Shown one piece after another: positions 58,632-64,000 of a stretch of 64,000 nt of DNA. Source of the DNA: Hyphomonadaceae bacterium (lineage in GTDB: Bacteria; Pseudomonadota; Alphaproteobacteria; Caulobacterales; Aquidulcibacteraceae); contig JAXMCH010000003.1 in the NCBI GenBank assembly GCA_046349455.1, positions 21,140-85,139 on the forward strand, given 5' to 3'. Position numbers and translations under genes: made by a program. Position 1 is the first letter of the stretch, and every line of letters begins with the position of its first letter. Under the pieces are notes generated by a model. That model was given only the letters and a program-made list of their open reading frames with translations, had not been told where the DNA came from and searched no databases.

Positions 58632-61475
58632 ATGGAGGATGGGCAGCAGAGCATCGACGCTCAACGCTACGCTGCTTTCATAAGCTATAGCCACAGCGAT
58701 CAAGAAACAGCGCGCTGGCTGCAGCAGCGGATCGAGAACTATCGGGTGCCGACAGCGCTCGTTGGGCAAACAGGCCGGTTTGGCCCAATTGGCAAGCGCG
58801 TCGGCAAGCTATATCGCGACCGCTACGACGCGCCAGCAGGCGGAACGTTGAGGGAAGAAATCGATGCGGCGCTCACACAATCCGACGCGTTGATAGTGGT
58901 TTGCTCGCCACGGGCGGCGGCTAGCAAACATGTAAATGAAGAAATCGCGCACTTTCGTGGTCTGGGCCGGGGTGCCCGTATTGTCCCAGTGATAATTGAG
59001 GGCGATCCGGAGACATCCTTTCCTCCCGCGTTAATGCAGAACGGCGAACCTTTGGGCGCGGATCTGCGGGAGGGCAAAGACGAGCGCGCCGGCGGTGTCC
59101 TGAAAGTCATCGCAGGCCTTTTGGGTGTAGGCCTCGATGAACTGCAGCGGCGAGAGCGCAGGGCGCAATTGCGGCGGATGCAAGCACTCACCTTCGCGCT
59201 TGTTTTGGTCTCGACACTTGCAGTTGCCGCTGTATGGCAAACCTTCGAAGCTTTTCAGGGGCGTTCCGCTGCGCGTTTGGCGCAGGCCGGCGAGTCGTCT
59301 CAGCGCGACCGCGCTGAGCTGGCCTTAGCACGCATCTTCATCGAGCGAGCGCACGGCGCTTATGCGGTGGGCCAAACACGTCAGGCATTGCGTTATGCGC
59401 TGGCCGGCCGACAACTGCGCCCAAGTATGGCGGAGGAGGTGCGAGACGTTCTCGGCGAGATTCTGCAGGCGCCGACAAGCTACTCTAGCACGCTCGCATT
59501 CAACTACGGCGAAACGGCAGACGCTTATGTCGATGGGGATAGTTTCATCGCATACGCAGCTAACCGCCAAGTTTCCCGGCTCACACGCGTGCGCCTTTCT
59601 GACCTGCGAACAGAAACTCGCGACACGCCTGAGCATTGGGTGGCAAACCCGATGGGCGACGCCCCGCTGTCGCCGAAGCGCTATTGGTTCTCGGGCGACG
59701 GCCGTTGTGCGACCGCGACAACTTATTCAGGGGATACTCAAGGCGTGGAAGTGGTTCCTTTGAATGGCGATGCTCGTCTGACGCTCGGAATAAGCCCAGC
59801 GCGCGACATCGCGATAAGCGCCGACTGTTCTCGCGCTGCGGTTCTGCGCTTAAACCACACAATCGAAATCATGAGTGTGGGGAATGCAGTCACCGTTGCA
59901 ACTATCCCCGTCGCTCAAGACCTCGCGTCGTTTCGATTGTCGCCGAATGGCCGCACGCTTGTTCTGGCAACGCGGCGCGCAGGCGTGGAAAATCGCTGCG
60001 ATGTCCAGATATGGAATGGCGGTGCACTCGACGATGCGGGCGTTGTTGACTGTACCTCTGACGGTGGCGCAGAAATCACGTTCGGGCGTGATGGTCGCAG
60101 CGTGATACTCGTATCCGGTGACTATGTCGGTCTGCCCGGCCTAAGCGATGAGGATGTTGAGGACACGCTGGGTGATTTCCATGATCTCAGTCGCGATCGT
60201 TCGGCGCTCTTGTCGTGCGACCGAAACGGTATCCTCCGAGTGCTCCACGTATCAACGAGAACCGTTCTTTATGCAGGTCGAATTGTAACCCCTGCGATCG
60301 TGGCGTGTGCATTTCGCGGAGAGGGCGTAAATGAAGTTGCTGCTATGTCGAGCGATGGGCGAGTTCATGTCGTCGACTTGTCTCCGCGACGGTTGACCGA
60401 CTTGCTAAACCCCTGGCTCCCGACCGACGCCACGTTGCCGATCCGGCCTTTACGAGCGTCTGACAGGTGGGTGTATGGCGAGACCGATTCCGAAGCGCGT
60501 TACTGGCGCCGGGGCGACACTGTTCGCAGTCGGCGGAGCGCAGGTTCGCGCGACATTACGAACCGCGCCGTTGGGCCTGAATGGAGGGCGCGGGCGACGC
60601 ATGCGCAGTGGTCGATTGGCGCTCCGGGACCGGTTATTAGCTTCTTTGCACGCGATCGAGAAGATGGTGCATTCCCTCCTGCCTTCATGATTATGCGCTC
60701 AGACATGAGCGCCGCCGCCGATTTGGCGGGATTCTCGAATTGGGCTATCGCTGCGCATACAAGTCCTTCCGGTAACCTGATTGCGATCGTCACAAGTGAG
60801 GGGTCGGTTGGCGTATGGGACGCCAGGACCGGCGCAGTTTTGTATCGGCTCGAACGGATAGGCGGGGCAGAGAACGTATCGGTAGGTTTCATCAGCGAGG
60901 AAGAGCTCATCCTCGCAGATACTGATGGCCGGTTGCGACGTTGGCGTTGGCGTAGCAACACGGAAGTTTCAGCTTCTACGTCGCTTGGCTTCAGAATTAC
61001 CGGGATGGACATCCATCCGGCCCGCGAAGAGGTGGTTGTAGCCGGCGCGGGAGGGGAAATCGTGAGAGTATCGATCGCCGACTATGCTGTGCGAGCGCGC
61101 ACCCGGAATCAAGAAGCCGCAGTAGGGACCGTAAACTATAGCCCAGACGGGACGCGTATCGCGACGATAGAGGGTGATGCTGCGATCATTCGCAGTGGGC
61201 AATCTTTGGCAGTTCTTGCGCATTTCGAGGGGCGCTATAGCGCCATATTCTCCGAGGACGGCAACAGCATGATCGCAGGCGGAGTTGACGTGGCCTCGGT
61301 GTATGACATTTCGATGTTAGCCGCTGATGCTGGCAGCATCGCGTCGACTGCTTGCAGGTTCCTGGATGCCGGCGAGCGACGCTTCACCGTGGAGGAGATC
61401 GCTTCCGATCCACTCATCCGAGACGTCTGGTTGGAGGCTGGCATCGGGGGCGGAGATGTTTGCGCTGGGTATTGA
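58632..61475 (+). CDS. TIR - TM - WD40 propeller protein
   Basis: YAAFISYSHSD, LIVVCSP.AA.S..VNEEI, EPLGAD.R, TM LTFALVLVSTLAVAAVW, then SPxG/WD repeats. Confidence 0.88.
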   Translation: MEDGQQSIDAQRYAAFISYSHSDQETARWLQQRIENYRVPTALVGQTGRFGPIGKRVGKLYRDRYDAPAGGTLREEIDAALTQSDALIVVCSPRAAASKHVNEEIAHFRGLGRGARIVPVIIEGDPETSFPPALMQNGEPLGADLREGKDERAGGVLKVIAGLLGVGLDELQRRERRAQLRRMQALTFALVLVSTLAVAAVWQTFEAFQGRSAARLAQAGESSQRDRAELALARIFIERAHGAYAVGQTRQALRYALAGRQLRPSMAEEVRDVLGEILQAPTSYSSTLAFNYGETADAYVDGDSFIAYAANRQVSRLTRVRLSDLRTETRDTPEHWVANPMGDAPLSPKRYWFSGDGRCATATTYSGDTQGVEVVPLNGDARLTLGISPARDIAISADCSRAAVLRLNHTIEIMSVGNAVTVATIPVAQDLASFRLSPNGRTLVLATRRAGVENRCDVQIWNGGALDDAGVVDCTSDGGAEITFGRDGRSVILVSGDYVGLPGLSDEDVEDTLGDFHDLSRDRSALLSCDRNGILRVLHVSTRTVLYAGRIVTPAIVACAFRGEGVNEVAAMSSDGRVHVVDLSPRRLTDLLNPWLPTDATLPIRPLRASDRWVYGETDSEARYWRRGDTVRSRRSAGSRDITNRAVGPEWRARATHAQWSIGAPGPVISFFARDREDGAFPPAFMIMRSDMSAAADLAGFSNWAIAAHTSPSGNLIAIVTSEGSVGVWDARTGAVLYRLERIGGAENVSVGFISEEELILADTDGRLRRWRWRSNTEVSASTSLGFRITGMDIHPAREEVVVAGAGGEIVRVSIADYAVRARTRNQEAAVGTVNYSPDGTRIATIEGDAAIIRSGQSLAVLAHFEGRYSAIFSEDGNSMIAGGVDVASVYDISMLAADAGSIASTACRFLDAGERRFTVEEIASDPLIRDVWLEAGIGGGDVCAGY

Positions 61476-61508
61476 GATCACGGGCTAAAACTCTTTGCCA
61501 CGTTCCAA

Positions 61509-61600
61509 ATGTCTGTTCTCCGCGAACTTAGGTCGTTCGCTATGCTACAGTGCCAACGGCAGCTTCGGATGCATCAACGACGGTCGCGGATCTATAGGCG
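61509..61600 (+). repeat. degenerate composite repeat, copy F
   Basis: ATGTCTGTTCTCCGCGAACTTAG matches copy B ATGTCCGCTCCCGGCGAACTTAG; CGGTCGCGGA matches CGGTCGTGAA. Confidence 0.6.
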
Positions 61601-62039
61601 ACGGACCCAAACCCCGCGCCTGCCGATGCTGGCGCCAGACGAATGAGGCGTGAGTCTTCAACTGCCGCCGGGCGGTGCTTCACCGCCCCTCGATACAGCG
61701 GGTCGCGGATCATCTCGACGAAAGCAGCTACGCTCGGATACTCTGCTATAAAACATTCGTCCCACGCCTCGGCATGGGGACCGGTGAGCGTAAGTTCAAA
61801 CTTGCCGCGCCAGATGATGCGACCGCCGACGCGCGAGAAGATCGGATTGCTTTCGCGTCCATACGCGGCATACGCTTCAGCGCCAGTCGAGACGCGGCGC
61901 CCGAGATCGCCAAAGGCGGCGCCAAGTCGAAGAGCACAGGTTCCGGTCCAAATCCTTGAAGACTCGCCTTCGCGTCCTTCGTCTCCAAGCCCGCGCGACG
62001 TGCGTCGAGCACGGCCTTGATTTCAGCGTCTTCGTTCAT
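61540..62039 (-). pseudogene. out-of-frame chimera of a SnoaL/YybH-like 5' fragment and a DUF1330 3' fragment
   Basis: AGGAG RBS, MNEDAEIKAVLD...FDLAPPL to ~61890; then in another frame TGAEAYAAYGRES.PIF.RVGG...WDECFIAEYPS..AFVEMIRDP.Y...VKHR.AAVEDSRLIRL. Confidence 0.75.
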
Positions 62040-62092
62040 CCTTGCAGTCTCCTGTCTTGGTCGAGACCTCAATGCCCGACCAGATGAGAAGT

Positions 62093-62449
62093 TCATGCAG
62101 AGGACGAACGAACGGGCGCAGGCCCAGCCTGGCCGGGGAGCAGAGGTCTGATAGTGGCGCCGGTCCGAAAGATCACAGCCAACCAGTGCGCGGAACGGTC
62201 AGTCAGACTGTATTCAGTCCTGTTGGGTGCGTTTTCCAGAAGCAACGCGATGTGTCGAAGGCGAGCCGCCGGGAAGCTCTCGAAGAAAGCCCCCATCTCA
62301 TCGACGTTCATGCCGAAATGTTCGGCGAGACCCTTGCGAATAAATGCTTCGTCATCACCCGCATCTTCGAGACGCGCGGCGTATGCACTTGTCGTCTCGT
62401 CGGATTGACGAGGCAGCTCGCGACAGTCACTTCGATAACATAGCCACAC
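62093..62449 (-). CDS. hypothetical protein, possibly degraded
   Basis: Protein-like core (ETTSAYAARLE...FIRKGLAEHFGM); start uncertain. Confidence 0.35.
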   Translation of the reverse strand: MWLCYRSDCRELPRQSDETTSAYAARLEDAGDDEAFIRKGLAEHFGMNVDEMGAFFESFPAARLRHIALLLENAPNRTEYSLTDRSAHWLAVIFRTGATIRPLLPGQAGPAPVRSSSA

Positions 62450-62464
62450 TTTGAGGGGCCGTGA

Positions 62465-62519
62465 ATGACCGCTATCGGCGATCGTGAGCCGTTCACACGA
62501 GCAGGGTGCGACCGGCTGA
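62465..62519 (+). repeat. truncated composite repeat, copy E
   Basis: ATGACCGCTAT-CGGCGA-TCGTGAGCCGT; similarity ends where the second core should begin, at the stop codon of the next gene. Confidence 0.7.
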
Positions 62520-62825
62520 CTACGCGTGCACCTGAGAGAGCATGACGGATACAAAATAGAAAAGCAGCCGAAGCGGCGTCCACAGCGCGAATGGAGCGCC
62601 AATAAGAACTCGCCATCTCTCGTCTTTGTATCGAATGAGGATGATTGCGGTTAGGACGACCCAAGCCAAGAAGGCTGGAACGCCAATGGGACCAGCGATG
62701 CGGGTGATCGGGCCGTAGCCTGCCGATCCCCAAAAGAGGATCGAATTGCTGATCACGAACGTAACCGTTGCGGCGAGATAAGACGCGATGAGAAGCGTCC
62801 AATAGAGACGACGAGTAGCGTCCAC
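62520..62825 (-). CDS. small membrane protein (about 3 TM)
   Basis: AAGGAG RBS, GTG start, hydrophobic segments. Confidence 0.65.
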   Translation of the reverse strand: MDATRRLYWTLLIASYLAATVTFVISNSILFWGSAGYGPITRIAGPIGVPAFLAWVVLTAIILIRYKDERWRVLIGAPFALWTPLRLLFYFVSVMLSQVHA

Positions 62826-62871
62826 ACGCGGTCTCCTTGCAGCGACGATCGAAGCTTACCGTGCCGAGGCA

Positions 62872-62988
62872 ACGTCCGCTATCGGCGACAACACACCGTT
62901 GCTGCGTGCGCTAAGCCGCCGACCGCATTGGAGCGAGTAGGTCGCTCGCGAAAATCTGTGCGATGACCTAAGCTGGCTAAGGCGACAC
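62872..62988 (+). repeat. composite repeat, copy C
   Basis: ACGTCCGCTAT-CGGCGA-CAACACACCGT, GGAGCGA (+58), TGGCT (+102). Confidence 0.8.
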
Positions 62989-63441
62989 TTGCGGCGGAAA
63001 CTCGTCGTTGCGGCGGCCTGCATTGAGTCCGATGGTTTCGAACGCATCTGCATGGCCTGGACGCACGATCACGTCTAACCACGCCAGCGCGTCATTGATC
63101 GCGCCCCCCGTGCCTTTGGTGAACTCCGGGCCGAAACGGATTCGTTCGTTGCGAAATACAGCGCTGCCCTGGCCTCCGGCCCCGCCGAAGTAGTCAGTTT
63201 CGACATAGACTAACGTGCGGCCCTCTGATGCGCGCCTGAGCAGATCAAGCAACGGCTCTGACAGATACTGAAACGGATGAAGCGGCGCACTCGCACCAAC
63301 CAAAACATCGAGATTAGTGTAGTCGATTGGCAGAAACACGAAGTCGTCGGCGAGCCGATAAAGAGATTGCCCAGCTAAGGGAGCTCCCACGGTGGCGAGC
63401 GCGTCGCGTCGCGCAACTACGCCTGAAATATTGTGACCCAT
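62977..63441 (-). CDS. conserved hypothetical protein
   Basis: YVETDYFGG.G.Q...INDAL..L.V....DAFE.IGL pattern; stop codon lies in the third core of copy C. Confidence 0.7.
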   Translation of the reverse strand: MGHNISGVVARRDALATVGAPLAGQSLYRLADDFVFLPIDYTNLDVLVGASAPLHPFQYLSEPLLDLLRRASEGRTLVYVETDYFGGAGGQGSAVFRNERIRFGPEFTKGTGGAINDALAWLDVIVRPGHADAFETIGLNAGRRNDEFPPQVSP

Positions 63442-63465
63442 GCGGTCGGATAGCATAGGCTCCCA

Positions 63466-63584
63466 GCGTCCACTATCGGCGACAACAAGCCGTTGCTGTG
63501 TGCGCTAAATCACTGTCCGGTTTCGAGAGAGTAGGCCAGTCAAGAAAATCGCGGCTATGTCGTACGATGGCCCATTTCGGACTC
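63466..63584 (+). repeat. composite repeat, copy D
   Basis: GCGTCCACTAT-CGGCGA-CAACAAGCCGT, CGAGAGA (+58), TGGCCC (+102), CGGACTC end; closely similar to copy C. Confidence 0.85.
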
Positions 63585-63659
63585 TCGGCTGATGTGCTCT
63601 TTTTGCGCGTGAGAGCAATGCGGAAACCACATCGATGAGGTCAGAACTGGAGGGGCGAT

Positions 63660-64000
63660 ATGCTGGGAGCGCCATCGTTTTCGGATGGCGAAAGGGCCTT
63701 ATCTCGGTTCAACGAGTTTCTAAGCGGCCGTTTCAAATGGTGCGTGTCCGGCATTGAGTGGCCGGAAGCTGGCCACGTCGAGCGGATCAGTGCCGACTAC
63801 GATTTCGCTCGGCACATTGAGGGCCTTTTCACTCGCCATCAGGCGATGTTTTCAGATCGCCTCTGTGTTTTCTTTTCCGATGGGCACAACGCGGACATCG
63901 TCGCCGAAGCTGATCGGGCCGATCTGCTCAAGGTCATCGAGTTCGTCGAAAACTGGGATGATGTGTTGGTGACTGACTTCTGGGTCTTTGATCCCAAAAC
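63660..64000 (+). CDS. hypothetical protein, partial (possibly immunity-like)
   Basis: Not in the ORF track. GGAGG RBS; open frame MLGAPSF...RFKW.VSGIEW...DVLVTDFWVFDPK to the window end. Confidence 0.45.
   Translation, partial: MLGAPSFSDGERALSRFNEFLSGRFKWCVSGIEWPEAGHVERISADYDFARHIEGLFTRHQAMFSDRLCVFFSDGHNADIVAEADRADLLKVIEFVENWDDVLVTDFWVFDPK

Larger units (their letters stand above)
35070..64000. mobile_element. accessory/defence genomic island at tRNA-Val, right end not in window
   Basis: Switch to defence, antirestriction, TA, integrase and pseudogene content directly after the tRNA 3' end. Confidence 0.8.

Noticed and set aside
51146-63584. CRISPR array
   Set aside because: Repeats are degenerate, are separated by whole genes, and no cas genes are present.
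49594-63584. Classical integron or Xer/pdif array
   Set aside because: The integrase looks phage-type without recognisable IntI motifs, the repeats lack attC ends and the XerD arm TTATGTTAAAT, and the genes lie on both strands.
63744-63775. Further repeat unit GTGTCCGGCAT-TGAGTG
   Set aside because: It lies inside an open protein-like frame and has no convincing right arm.
50665-64000. attR duplicate of the tRNA-Val 3' end
   Set aside because: No TCGCGCCCACCA-like copy found by eye; it may lie beyond the window.

Overview
GC-rich alphaproteobacterial chromosome segment (Caulobacterales/Hyphomonadales-like, judging from cpdR-tRNA-Val, a StaR-like XRE gene and an MmgR-type sRNA). About 1-35.07 kb is core genome: a polyamine uptake and gamma-glutamylation cluster with an embedded panD, a KDG/Entner-Doudoroff cluster, aguAB, a CHASE4-GGDEF-EAL gene, hisN, typA, MmgR, cpdR and tRNA-Val(GAC). 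From the tRNA to the window end is an accessory island. It carries an unannotated R-S-E-type ADP-ribosyltransferase-like gene, a DnaX-like/YgjP chimera and ArdC. It also has a complete Ubl-E2-JAB-E1 (Bil-type) ubiquitin-like operon divergent from HigB plus HigA-ImmA, with three GWTC-N9-GAAC boxes between them. Further on are a PD-(D/E)XK nuclease, a triple-CCCH miniprotein and a satellite-like AlpA/xis/integrase core. Downstream of the integrase, unrelated single genes (two TIR-WD40 proteins, membrane and immunity-like proteins, chimeric pseudogenes) are separated by a co-oriented ~119-bp composite repeat. The repeat is built from three ~28-bp 11+6(7)+11 imperfect palindromes with distinct cores (CGGCGA, TGAGCGA, TGGCCC). 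This cassette-like array is the best candidate for an undescribed system. All calls come from reading the sequence and motifs by eye; no database search was run.
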